Source of the DNA: Mollicutes bacterium
Lineage (GTDB): Bacteria > Bacillota_I > Bacilli_A > Izemoplasmatales > Izemoplasmataceae
Direction: 5' to 3'
Length of the DNA: 64,000 nt
NCBI GenBank assembly: GCA_003552925.1
Contig: PUOX01000057.1
Span: 34-64,033, forward strand
Position numbers and translations under genes: made by a program
Part shown: positions 28,075-37,088 of the stretch, in pieces
How the letters are laid out: every line of letters starts with the position of its first letter
How positions within the stretch are numbered: position 1 is the stretch's first letter
Notes under the pieces: model-generated
Told to the model about the DNA's origin: nothing
Database searches by the model: none
Seen by the model: only the letters and a program-made list of their open reading frames with translations

Positions 28075-29131
28075 AAACAAAGTCGCTCTGCTAAACGGGG
28101 TTTCGTTCGTCGTTTTGAGCGTAATGTTGGCCGCTTTACTTATTGTTCGTGCAGAAAGGCTGTTCTCTTATGAACGGTTTGAAGATGCGACGGATTTTGA
28201 AGCGACAACTGCGCAAACCGAAAATATTCGCATCTTTTTCGCCGAAGCGTCGACGGCCTATGTCGTTCAAAGCGCAATTATTGTGGTGTTTTTCGTCGTC
28301 GCAGGCGCTTGTGCCTTATGGTTTTTGAGTCGAAAAATGGTGTTGGCGGTGAGCGAGTTCGCCGCCAGCGTCGAACATATCGATGCGGACAATTTGCCGA
28401 AAGAACTGCGTGTTCCGTACAATCACCCCGAAATCGACCGCTTGGAGAACGCCTTCAACAAAATGCTTTCCCAAATCGACATTACCATGGAAAGCCAAAA
28501 GCGCTTTGTGGAAAACGCCGCGCATGAGCTTAAGACGCCCATCGCTTCAATCATGACGAATCTTGAAGTGTTGGAGATGGAAGAATCCCCGGACCATGAA
28601 GATTATGAAGAAGTGTTCAATATGGTCAAAGAAAGCGCGGAGAGAATGAACGCACTCGTCAAGGATCTTTTGACCATGACGCAACTCGCCCAAAAGCAGG
28701 ATGAAGCGTTTCATTTCTCGGAGATGACGTTGATTCCACATGAGCTTCAAGCTTTGATTGATGAGAAGAACATCGATGTTGATATTCGGGGAGATGCCAG
28801 CATAAAAGGCAGCAAGCCCCTCATGGAGCGTGCGTTTCAAAACCTTATCCACAATGCGGTGCGCTACAACAAGCATGACGGCGCAGTTCGAATCTATGCC
28901 AACAGTGAAAGCGTCACCATCTCCGATACGGGCCCCGGCATTCCCAAACAGAAACTCGGCAAAATCTTTGAGCCGTTTTATTGCGCGGACCCCTCGCGCT
29001 CTCGAGAACTCGGCGGAAGCGGCTTGGGCCTTTCCATCGTGAAGCAGATTCTCCATCTTCACGACATGGAGGTTTTGGTCGATAGCGAAGAAGGAAAAGG
29101 CACGACATTCACGGTTCATTTGAAATCTTAA
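28052..29131 (+). CDS. sensor histidine kinase
   Basis: Two TM segments, H-box AAHELKTPIASI, N-box HNAVRYN, G-boxes DTGPGI and GGSGLGLSIV. It overlaps the end of the RR gene. Confidence 0.85.
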   Translation: MWKNVTLKNKVALLNGVSFVVLSVMLAALLIVRAERLFSYERFEDATDFEATTAQTENIRIFFAEASTAYVVQSAIIVVFFVVAGACALWFLSRKMVLAVSEFAASVEHIDADNLPKELRVPYNHPEIDRLENAFNKMLSQIDITMESQKRFVENAAHELKTPIASIMTNLEVLEMEESPDHEDYEEVFNMVKESAERMNALVKDLLTMTQLAQKQDEAFHFSEMTLIPHELQALIDEKNIDVDIRGDASIKGSKPLMERAFQNLIHNAVRYNKHDGAVRIYANSESVTISDTGPGIPKQKLGKIFEPFYCADPSRSRELGGSGLGLSIVKQILHLHDMEVLVDSEEGKGTTFTVHLKS

Positions 29132-29220
29132 CCGATTCTTAACCTCCTTTTTGTTACCATCAAAGGTGCAAACGGGAGGTTTTTCTTTTGCACAAATCTA
29201 TCAAAGAGGAGAGAACAAGT

Positions 29221-29721
29221 ATGAAAAAATTGTTTGCGTTTATTCTAACCGGTTTGTTTGCCCTGACGCTTACTGCGTGCGGGGCACCAGAAAACAGGGT
29301 GTTGGAAGAGGATCTTGAAACCATTTTGGAAGACATTTACGCGTACGACGGCTTAAGCGAGGATGCGGAGTCTTTCGTATCCGGTCTTACGGTTGAAGAA
29401 GTCAGCGCCGATGACGCCGATTTTCATCTCGGCAAGGACGGATTGGCTTTCGACCGTGCCATCGCTTCCGTTCCTTCTTTAGGCACCGCGCCTTTTGAGT
29501 TGACGCTTGTCCGCACAGAAAGAGGACAGGATGTTGAAGGGCTCAAGGACGATATTCGCGACAACATCGACCCTTGGAAATGGGTCAGTTTCGGAGTGGA
29601 AGATGAAAACGTCGTAGTGGACAACATCGGCGATGTGGTGGTCATTATCATGAGCGATGATTATGCTCATGAACTGCACGATGCGTTTCTCAATCTTGAA
29701 CCTGAAGAATCCCAAGACTAA
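29221..29721 (+). CDS. DUF4358-like lipoprotein
   Basis: Lipobox MKKLFAFILTGLFALTLTAC. An acidic ~145-aa mature domain of the kind usually found next to MBOAT/DHHW genes. Confidence 0.55.
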   Translation: MKKLFAFILTGLFALTLTACGAPENRVLEEDLETILEDIYAYDGLSEDAESFVSGLTVEEVSADDADFHLGKDGLAFDRAIASVPSLGTAPFELTLVRTERGQDVEGLKDDIRDNIDPWKWVSFGVEDENVVVDNIGDVVVIIMSDDYAHELHDAFLNLEPEESQD

Positions 29722-29740
29722 AACAAAGTAGGCGAGCAAC

Positions 29741-31144
29741 ATGGTGTTTTCCAGTGTGAATTTTCTGTACTACTTTTTGCCGATATTGCTGCTCGTGTAT
29801 TTCAGCGTTCCCAGCAAAGGGAAGAACCTGGTGTTGTTTCTTTTCAGCCTAGGGTTTTATTACTACGGCGAACCGGTGTATACGCTATTGCTTCTATTTT
29901 CCTCCGTTTCCGGCTATGTGCACGGATTGTTGATCGAACGCTCGCGGAACACTCGGTTCGCCAAGGTTCCCTTGGTATCCTCGATTGTGTTTGGCTTAGG
30001 GGCGCTCGGGTTTTTTAAATATTCCGATTTCTTTTTGGAAAATGTCAATCGGTTGTTTGGTGCCGATTACGGACTCATTGGCGTGGTTCTTCCCATTGGC
30101 ATCAGTTTTTACACGTTTCAAGTGCTTTCTTACACCATCGATGTGTATCGAGGGAAGGTCGGCGTGCAACGGAACCTTTTGGATTTCATGACCTACGTCG
30201 CTTTGTTTCCGCAGTTGGTTGCCGGGCCCATTGTCCGATATGAGACCATCGAAAACCAGTTGAAAGCCCGCAAACATTCGGTTGAAGATGTTTATGTCGG
30301 CGTCAAACGGTTCATGGTCGGTTTGGCGAAAAAAGTGTTGATCGCGGATACCTTGGCGGAAGTCGTGGCGCATTTTGACTCCGCTCATGAACTGTCCGTC
30401 TTGTTTTACTGGCTTATGGCCATCGCTTTCACTTTGCAGATCTATTACGATTTTTCAGGATACAGCGATATGGCGATTGGACTGGGAAGAATATTGGGCT
30501 TTCGCTTTTTGGAGAACTTCAACTATCCCTACATCGCCAAAAGCGTTACCGAGTTTTGGCGGCGCTGGCACATTTCACTAGGAGAATGGTTCCGACGCTA
30601 TGTGTACATCCCTATGGGTGGAAACCGCGTGAACATCCTTCGTTTCATTAGAAATCTCTTGGTTGTGTGGTTTTTGACAGGCTTCTGGCACGGCCCCGCC
30701 TGGAACTTTGTGGTCTGGGGCTTGATGTATGGTGTGCTTCTGATCGTAGAAAAACTGTTCATCAAAGATAGGATGGAATCCGTCCCGGCCGTTTTGCGCC
30801 ATGCATATGTGATGTTCGTGGTGGTCATCGGTTTCGTGCTTTTTAACGCCGACAGTTTGCAAGAAGGCGTAGGCAACATTATGGGGTTGTTCGCCTTGCG
30901 CGACGTTCCGCTTTCGAACGTTGAATCGCTTTACTTTTTAAGAAGTTATGCGGTTGTGATTGTTCTGGCCATCTTCGGTTCAACACCGTTGCTTCGAAAT
31001 GCTTTGACGTTGTTCCAAACAAAACCGTTTTTGCGCAAGAGCATTTGGGCGCTTGAGCCGGCCATGGTTTTAGTGTTGCTTGTCATGGTCACAGGCAATT
31101 TGGTGGATGGAACGTTCAATCCGTTTATTTACTTCCGGTTTTGA
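29741..31144 (+). CDS. MBOAT family O-acyltransferase (AlgI/DltB-like)
   Basis: Polytopic protein; conserved FWRRWHISLGEWFRRYVYIPMGGNR segment including the catalytic His. Confidence 0.9.
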   Translation: MVFSSVNFLYYFLPILLLVYFSVPSKGKNLVLFLFSLGFYYYGEPVYTLLLLFSSVSGYVHGLLIERSRNTRFAKVPLVSSIVFGLGALGFFKYSDFFLENVNRLFGADYGLIGVVLPIGISFYTFQVLSYTIDVYRGKVGVQRNLLDFMTYVALFPQLVAGPIVRYETIENQLKARKHSVEDVYVGVKRFMVGLAKKVLIADTLAEVVAHFDSAHELSVLFYWLMAIAFTLQIYYDFSGYSDMAIGLGRILGFRFLENFNYPYIAKSVTEFWRRWHISLGEWFRRYVYIPMGGNRVNILRFIRNLLVVWFLTGFWHGPAWNFVVWGLMYGVLLIVEKLFIKDRMESVPAVLRHAYVMFVVVIGFVLFNADSLQEGVGNIMGLFALRDVPLSNVESLYFLRSYAVVIVLAIFGSTPLLRNALTLFQTKPFLRKSIWALEPAMVLVLLVMVTGNLVDGTFNPFIYFRF

Positions 31145-31159
31145 TGAAAGGAGTTCATT

Positions 31160-32257
31160 ATGCGTAAACAATTGCATCAAATCACCGTTGTTTTGGTCTT
31201 CGTTGTCGCGTTGTTTTCGGGAATGCTTATGAATGTCGTTTCTTCGGATGTCGAGTATTCCGAAGAAGAAAGGCGAAGATTGAAGCGTTTCCCCGCTCCA
31301 TCGGTTGAAGATTTGCTTGACGGTGGATATTTTGAGTCCTTGGAGATGTATTCGCTGGATCAGTTTCCGTTCCGTGAGACGTTTAGGACGATAAACGCCA
31401 TGACAAGGTTGAATCTCTTTCGTCAGGCCGATGTGAACGGGTTGTACATAGTCGACGACGGAGTGTATCGCCTGCGGTATCCTTTGGACGAGAGTTCCGT
31501 CCATCACGCCGGCGAACTGTTCCATACCATCTATGAAGAGCATTTCGCCGGCCATGATGTTTTCTTTAGCGTTGTGCCGGACAAGAACTACTTTGTCGCT
31601 CCGCAAAACAATTATCCGCATATGGATTACGCTTCGCTTGTCGGAATTTTGCGGGAATCGCTCGGTGCGTTTGAATACGTAGACATTTTTGAAAAGTTGG
31701 AGATTGGCGATTACTACCGGACCGATCACCATTGGCGACAAGAGCGAGTTGTGGGCGTGGCGGATTTTATGTTGGAATCCATGCGAGGCAGCGCCCCTAA
31801 CCGTGATGCCTACGAAATGCATACGCACGCGCCGTTTAGAGGCTCGTATTATGGCCACGCCTCGATGCCGTTGAGGCCGGACACTTTGACCTATTTGACC
31901 AACGACACGATCGAACGTTCCTATGCATTCGACCCTGTGAACGAAGAGGCGCGGGATATTTATCACAAAGACGCCTTGGAAGGCGTCGATCCCTACAATG
32001 TCTTTCTGGGAGGCGCCCAACCGTTTTTAGAACTTGTCGATCCCGAGGCTTCAAACGACGAAGAGTTGATAGTGTTCGGCGATTCTTATGCGAACAGCCT
32101 CGTTCCGCTTTTGCTTGAAGGGTACTCGCGGGTGACCCTTGTGGATCTTCGACACGTTTCTCCCGATTTATTGGACCAATACATCGATATTTCAACGCAA
32201 GATGTCTTGTTTATGTATTCAACAAGCATATTGAACGACAGCCGGGTGTTGGATTGA
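31160..32257 (+). CDS. DHHW family protein (AlgX/AlgJ-like SGNH partner of MBOAT)
   Basis: N-terminal TM anchor and a literal YYRTDHHW motif. Confidence 0.8.
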   Translation: MRKQLHQITVVLVFVVALFSGMLMNVVSSDVEYSEEERRRLKRFPAPSVEDLLDGGYFESLEMYSLDQFPFRETFRTINAMTRLNLFRQADVNGLYIVDDGVYRLRYPLDESSVHHAGELFHTIYEEHFAGHDVFFSVVPDKNYFVAPQNNYPHMDYASLVGILRESLGAFEYVDIFEKLEIGDYYRTDHHWRQERVVGVADFMLESMRGSAPNRDAYEMHTHAPFRGSYYGHASMPLRPDTLTYLTNDTIERSYAFDPVNEEARDIYHKDALEGVDPYNVFLGGAQPFLELVDPEASNDEELIVFGDSYANSLVPLLLEGYSRVTLVDLRHVSPDLLDQYIDISTQDVLFMYSTSILNDSRVLD

Positions 32258-32262
32258 CAATG

Positions 32263-32290
32263 AAAAGGCCGCTATTTATGCGGCCTTTTT
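32263..32290. terminator. bidirectional terminator between convergent operons
   Basis: AAAAGGCCGC-tatttat-GCGGCCTTTTT; overlaps the stop of the minus-strand gene. Confidence 0.8.
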
Positions 32291-33122
32291 AATGTGCGAT
32301 GGGTTTTTTCGGGGGCTGCTCCGGATGCAAGGTGGGAGAGTAAAGCGGATTGTCGAAAGCGATTTTGCTGAAACAAGCGAACAGTTTGTCTTTTAGCGTG
32401 TTTAGTTTCCTTCGCTCCGAATCGCCAGGCTGTAAAGACGGAGGCTTTTTTTGGTTCTCGTAAAGGTTTCGGTTGATTTCTAGTTGAAACCATGGAAGGT
32501 TGTTGACTTTGGCCATGGTTTGGATGATTTGTCCGCCTTGAAAGGGTGTGTTGAGTTGCACGCTGCCCTTGCCGAACGTTTCTTCTAGCAGCGTTTTCAC
32601 ATCCGTCAAAAGTTTGGCAGGACAGGTTAAGGCTTCACCTGCAAATTCGCCTGCGTCGTTGCCGCGGTTGGAAAGGCAAAATAAGGGCCGCTCGACGGCG
32701 TTTTTGTCGAAGGGGTCTTTCGGCAACATGCTGTGGCAGTCGATGCCGATTTTGACGGAAGGATCATGTGCGGCTTTATGAAGCTTCTTGTAGTATGGGT
32801 CGTAGTAGGTTCTCAGGATATCGGCCAAGGTTTTCCCTTGGGGAAACGATTTCCAAACCGGGTTTTGAAAGAGGGTAATTTGTTTGATGACTCCGTCGGG
32901 GCGAAAGTCTGTCTTGCTTCTGTTGAGGTCGACGATCAACCTGGGGATGTCGGTTGTGATGGTCCGGGCGACTTTGTGGCCGAAATCGTAGATGTAACGT
33001 GTCCATAAGTCTCCGTCCAAAAGCGTCTCTTGCGGGGAAGGCAGGAAAGATTCGATTAGAGCTTTCGGCACATGCATGCCGCCGTGTGGAACGGAAAGAA
33101 GAAGCGGAAGTGGTTTTTGCAC
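32289..33122 (-). CDS. N-formylglutamate amidohydrolase (FGase) family protein
   Basis: SVPHGGMHVP, IVDLNRSK and IGIDCHSM motifs in the order expected for PF05013-type amidohydrolases. GTG start after a GAGGTG RBS, 4 nt past the GGT stop. Confidence 0.7.
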   Translation of the reverse strand: MQKPLPLLLSVPHGGMHVPKALIESFLPSPQETLLDGDLWTRYIYDFGHKVARTITTDIPRLIVDLNRSKTDFRPDGVIKQITLFQNPVWKSFPQGKTLADILRTYYDPYYKKLHKAAHDPSVKIGIDCHSMLPKDPFDKNAVERPLFCLSNRGNDAGEFAGEALTCPAKLLTDVKTLLEETFGKGSVQLNTPFQGGQIIQTMAKVNNLPWFQLEINRNLYENQKKPPSLQPGDSERRKLNTLKDKLFACFSKIAFDNPLYSPTLHPEQPPKKPIAH

Positions 33123-33126
33123 GCAA

Positions 33127-34728
33127 TCACCTCGGACCGGATGCCGATCCGTCTCTGCGCGGATCGGCGACGCCAATATGTTTTTTGAAATTCGACATCC
33201 TGGGAAGCTCGATTGCTTGCACGCAGCCTAAGTAGAAGCTGTATGCGCCGCGTTTTTTTAGAGAAAATCCCGTTTCTTTGAAGAGGGTGATGGTTTCGGG
33301 GTGGAAGCGTGAGAGTTCCAGTTGGAGCTGTTTTTTCTCGGTGGTATGGAACCTGGGGGCGGTGATGGCTTCATCGAGAGGTTCATTCATATCGAGGTAT
33401 CTGACCAACACTTGCGCCAAGGCGGTGGCGATGCGGTCGCTGCCCGGGCTTCCCAGCACCAAAAGCGGACGTTTTCGGTAGGTGACGATTGTCGGGGCGA
33501 CGCTGCTCCAAGGGCGGTTGCGGGGGAGCAGATAATAGGGATGTGTCTTGTCGTTGTATTCGTAGGCGCTCATGTAGTTGTTGTAGAAAAAGCCCAATCC
33601 TTTGGCGGTACGCTTCGCGCCAAAAACCCTCTCAATCGATTGGGTGACGGCGACGATGTTACCGTGGGAGTCCGTGACGGAGAAGTGGGTGGTTTCACCG
33701 GATGGGGTGGTTTGGAGGTGTGTTTGCGGGACGTGCCGATAAAGGATTTTGTCGATGGTTTTTTTGATGGTTTCTGCGTGGCTTTTGTCGGTCATTTTGC
33801 GTACGCTTTTTTGGAAGTAGATGTCGGGGTTTTGCGGCATTCTTTTGCGGTCGCGGAGGGTGAGCTGAAACGAAAGCGCGAGAATCAGGTTGCCTAGTGG
33901 CGTGTTTGGATCGATCTCGTCGGTGTCGAAGAGTTCGAGTATGTTTAACAGCTGCACCAAAACGCGTCCGGCGCCCGGAGGCGGGAACGTGACGATGCGG
34001 TAGTTGCGGTAGCTGCCTTCTAAAGTTTCGCGTTCGATGGGCGTTGGTATTTGGGCGAAATCTTCGCTGCGGAGCCATCCGTTGCGAATTTTCATGTCTT
34101 CGACGATTGTCTCGGCGAGGGTTCCCCGATAAAAATCTTTCCATCCGTTTTTCACAATCAGGCGCATACAATGCGCGAGTTCTTTTTGGCGGAAGACCTT
34201 TCCGACTTGCAAGGGAAGGTCGTTTTTGAAAAAAATGTTTCGAATTTGATCGTCCTTGATAAGTTGGCTTTTGTTCTTTTCAAGGGCGTTATGGATAAGG
34301 GGGGTGATTTTGACCCCGTTTTCGGCCAACTCAATCGCCGGTTGCAAAAGAGCTTCGATGGGCATGCTTCCGTAGACATCGTGTAGGTAGCCGTAAAAGG
34401 CCACGGTCGATGGAAGAGTGGATGCGCTGAGTCCGACTAGTTTCGGACTTTTGGGCGCTTTTGAGGGTTGATAGTGGTAAGGGGCGAACGAAGAACCGTC
34501 CAAGGCGAAATACCGTTTTCTTTCGGCGTGGTAAATAAGCGCCATTGATTGACCGCCGATGCCCGATGCTTGCGGTTCGCTGACGCCAAGCGCATAAGAA
34601 ACGGCAACGGCCACATCAAAAGCGTTTCCGCCGGCTGAAAGGATTTGCGCACCGATTTCGGATGCGTAAGAAGAAGCGCTCGACACCATGCCGTTTTTGC
34701 TTGAATGCATCGGCGATTTTCGTTCCAT
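33127..34728 (-). CDS. ggt: gamma-glutamyltransferase family protein (no signal peptide)
   Basis: N-terminus ...SSYASEIGAQILSAGGNAFDVAVA, autoprocessing/nucleophile site GETTHFSV, GSPGS motif. The start is set at the ATG with an AAGGAG RBS just after the upstream stop. Confidence 0.9.
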   Translation of the reverse strand: MERKSPMHSSKNGMVSSASSYASEIGAQILSAGGNAFDVAVAVSYALGVSEPQASGIGGQSMALIYHAERKRYFALDGSSFAPYHYQPSKAPKSPKLVGLSASTLPSTVAFYGYLHDVYGSMPIEALLQPAIELAENGVKITPLIHNALEKNKSQLIKDDQIRNIFFKNDLPLQVGKVFRQKELAHCMRLIVKNGWKDFYRGTLAETIVEDMKIRNGWLRSEDFAQIPTPIERETLEGSYRNYRIVTFPPPGAGRVLVQLLNILELFDTDEIDPNTPLGNLILALSFQLTLRDRKRMPQNPDIYFQKSVRKMTDKSHAETIKKTIDKILYRHVPQTHLQTTPSGETTHFSVTDSHGNIVAVTQSIERVFGAKRTAKGLGFFYNNYMSAYEYNDKTHPYYLLPRNRPWSSVAPTIVTYRKRPLLVLGSPGSDRIATALAQVLVRYLDMNEPLDEAITAPRFHTTEKKQLQLELSRFHPETITLFKETGFSLKKRGAYSFYLGCVQAIELPRMSNFKKHIGVADPRRDGSASGPR

Positions 34729-34738
34729 GGACATCTCC

Positions 34739-36889
34739 TTAGTCTTCATTGATTGCGAGCAAATATTGTGTGAGCAACATCGTTTTTTGGACAAGTTCGG
34801 TGCGATTGATGGATTCTGTTGGGGTGTAGAGATTCTTTGTGCTTGGCGCCATGCCGCAAATGACCGGTGTCTTATCATCGACCATGCCGGCCGCTGAAGG
34901 AAGCAGGGTGGATTCGCTTGTGAAAGGAAGTTTCCATTCTTCGGCGATGGCTTCAAATTTTTTCAGAAGTTCCTTCGTGCCTTCCTTTTTCAACATCGGC
35001 GGTCGTTCTTCAAGTTTTTCAAAGTACGTTTTAATGCCTCTTTGTCGCGATTGGAAAAGCTTGTGGATGCTTTTTTCCGCGTCTTTCGCTTTTTGGGGGT
35101 CCGTATAGGTGACGATAACGGTGGCGCTGACGCGGTGGGGCACTAACAGGGCATACCTGGAAGTCTCGATGTTTTGCACCGACACGGAAAGGAGAGGCGA
35201 TTTTTGATCCAACACTTTGAGTTCTTGGGTTTTGGAAAGCAAGTAGTCCAAGGCGTTTACGGTGTAGTTTTTGGCGCCGATACGTTTGGGCGTCCCTTCG
35301 ACGACCACCTTGATTTTGCTTGCGCCTCTTCGTTGGTAGATGACGCTGTTGGGGTTGTATCCTGGGGCCATCACGACGACTTCTTTCGCTTGCTTGCTCG
35401 CTTCTTTGAGCGCAGGACCGCTGTAGCGCATGCCGTGGCCTTCATCGCCGTAGACGAACACGCCGATTTTTTTGTTTGCGAGTTTGCCAAGGAGCCGCAA
35501 AGCGTCCAACGTTTTCAGTGCAACCATAAGACCGCCACGACTAGAGGCGATGCCTTCGCCGAATATGCTTTCCGGTTCTTTGCGGAAGGGAATCGGATAA
35601 GCGCCACGATGGCCGGGTATGTCGATAGGGACTACAAGCAACACACCGTCTTTCAAGCCATCATTTGTGGTAAACAGCCAATGGGACGTATCGTCGCTGC
35701 GCGAGCGTTCTTTGAGAATCTCCATCTTTTTCAGACGGTATTCAAGTTTCCGGATGAACGTTTGTTTGGCGACCAAATCGTTCGTTGCGGTGTAGAGGTT
35801 GGTGAGGCTGCGAAGTTCGCCTTCCATGCGGTCGCGGTTTTGGGTGATGAACGAAAAGGCCTGCGAGGCTTCGCCGGAACCGTTTTTACCTGTGTCGATC
35901 ACGGGGCCGAAATACCTTTGCGAGGCAACATCGATGATCCGTTGAATCAAACGTTCATAGGAAAGCCCTATCGCACTGGCCGCTTTGACGAAAGAAGAAT
36001 TAAGGCCCAAAGAGGCCATCGAATTCACTTCAAGCACGTAAGGATTGCCGGAGTCGTCTACTCTGAAATCCACTCTGGCGCTGTCGTAGCACCCCAAAGC
36101 TTTGAACGTGCGAATCGCCAAATCTTGGAGTTTTTTGGCGAGGGGTTCGTCGATGTCCGCGGGGCAGATGGATTGGATGCGCTTGAGGACTTTTCCGGTT
36201 TTGTCTTCGTAAGTGTAAATTTTTTCACCGGAATCGAAAAGCATTTCCAAAGGAGGCAGGGCTTCGACGGGATTGTTGCCCAAAAGGGCTACGTTGAACT
36301 CGCGTCCGTCCACATACTCTTCGACGAGCGTGGGCGATTTGAACTCGTTAAAAATGTTTTCGACGCCGGCTTTGAGTTCCTCTTGCGTCCTTACGATGCG
36401 CAAGCCGAACGACACGGCTTCATTTTTCGGCTTCACAATGAGAGGAAACTGCAAGGCTTCGTCCAGCCGACTCTCAGGGGTCTCAAGCACGGCAAACTTC
36501 GGCGTAGGAATCCCCCGTTGCATAAGAATCATCTTGGTGATGACCTTGTCGAGCGCAATGGCGTGGGTTTCGGGTCCGGAGCCCACATACGGAATGCCGA
36601 GCATTTCAAGTATCGCGGGAATGTGCATGTAACGCCCTTTTCCCTGGATGCCGTAGCTCAAGTTGAAAACGAGTCCGGGCCGTTCACCGGATAGCACGCG
36701 GGGCATGAACTTTTCCAAGTTCGCCACAATATTTTTGTCGCCTTCAAAAAGCCTGACCTGATGGCCGTGCTCCACGAGGGCGTCTTTGACTTTTCGGATG
36801 GTGCTCATGCCGTACTTTTCTTTGTTGGGGATGCCGAAGAGGTTGATGACCGCTTGCGACTCCCGGTTGTAGACGATGGCTATTTTCAT
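34739..36889 (-). CDS. fusion protein: D-Ala-D-Ala-ligase-like ATP-grasp ligase (aa 1-330) + M20 (carboxypeptidase G2-like) peptidase-homology domain with substituted metal ligands
   Basis: ATP-grasp features: LIVKPKNEAVSFG, EEYVDGREFNV, ARVDFRVDDSGNPYVLEVNS. The C-terminal half is colinear with the M20 motif order (GEGIASSRGG, GDEGHG, ...). Confidence 0.8.
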   Translation of the reverse strand: MKIAIVYNRESQAVINLFGIPNKEKYGMSTIRKVKDALVEHGHQVRLFEGDKNIVANLEKFMPRVLSGERPGLVFNLSYGIQGKGRYMHIPAILEMLGIPYVGSGPETHAIALDKVITKMILMQRGIPTPKFAVLETPESRLDEALQFPLIVKPKNEAVSFGLRIVRTQEELKAGVENIFNEFKSPTLVEEYVDGREFNVALLGNNPVEALPPLEMLFDSGEKIYTYEDKTGKVLKRIQSICPADIDEPLAKKLQDLAIRTFKALGCYDSARVDFRVDDSGNPYVLEVNSMASLGLNSSFVKAASAIGLSYERLIQRIIDVASQRYFGPVIDTGKNGSGEASQAFSFITQNRDRMEGELRSLTNLYTATNDLVAKQTFIRKLEYRLKKMEILKERSRSDDTSHWLFTTNDGLKDGVLLVVPIDIPGHRGAYPIPFRKEPESIFGEGIASSRGGLMVALKTLDALRLLGKLANKKIGVFVYGDEGHGMRYSGPALKEASKQAKEVVVMAPGYNPNSVIYQRRGASKIKVVVEGTPKRIGAKNYTVNALDYLLSKTQELKVLDQKSPLLSVSVQNIETSRYALLVPHRVSATVIVTYTDPQKAKDAEKSIHKLFQSRQRGIKTYFEKLEERPPMLKKEGTKELLKKFEAIAEEWKLPFTSESTLLPSAAGMVDDKTPVICGMAPSTKNLYTPTESINRTELVQKTMLLTQYLLAINED

Positions 36890-37046
36890 ACAATCTCCTA
36901 TTTCTATACAGCCCTTGATTAAGGCGTGAATTGGCAGTTTTGCAAGCTTTTTTGAAGTTAATTCATTTTACTACAATCTACAAAAAATAGATACTTCTTT
37001 TTCTTGTTTTTTCGTATTTTTGGAAATTGTGTATAAAAAGGCAGAT

Positions 37047-37073
37047 AAAAAGCCCCGGAAGAACCGGGGCTTT
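37047..37073 (-). terminator. rho-independent terminator of the SDR gene
   Basis: Minus strand reads AAAGCCCCGG-ttctt-CCGGGGCTTTTT. Confidence 0.8.
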
Positions 37074-37088
37074 GAAGCGTGTTTTGAA

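Noticed and set aside
27241-32020. Antisense ORFs 27241..28080, 28547..29119 and 31070..32020
   Set aside because: They overlap the response regulator, histidine kinase and DHHW genes, all of which have diagnostic motifs on the plus strand.
34729-34956. 76-codon N-terminal extension of the GGT ORF, with similar extensions at 10916..11044 (BCCT), 61086..61523 (GNAT) and 33123..33176 (FGase)
   Set aside because: The extensions overlap the upstream gene or have non-coding character. Internal starts have proper RBSs and give canonical protein N-termini.
35174-36694. 506-aa plus-strand ORF, the longest unannotated ORF in the track
   Set aside because: It lies entirely antisense to the ATP-grasp/M20 fusion gene, whose frame carries clear ATP-grasp motifs. 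The plus-strand translation is low-complexity (R/G/F/V-rich) with no motifs or RBS, so it is a shadow ORF produced by codon periodicity.
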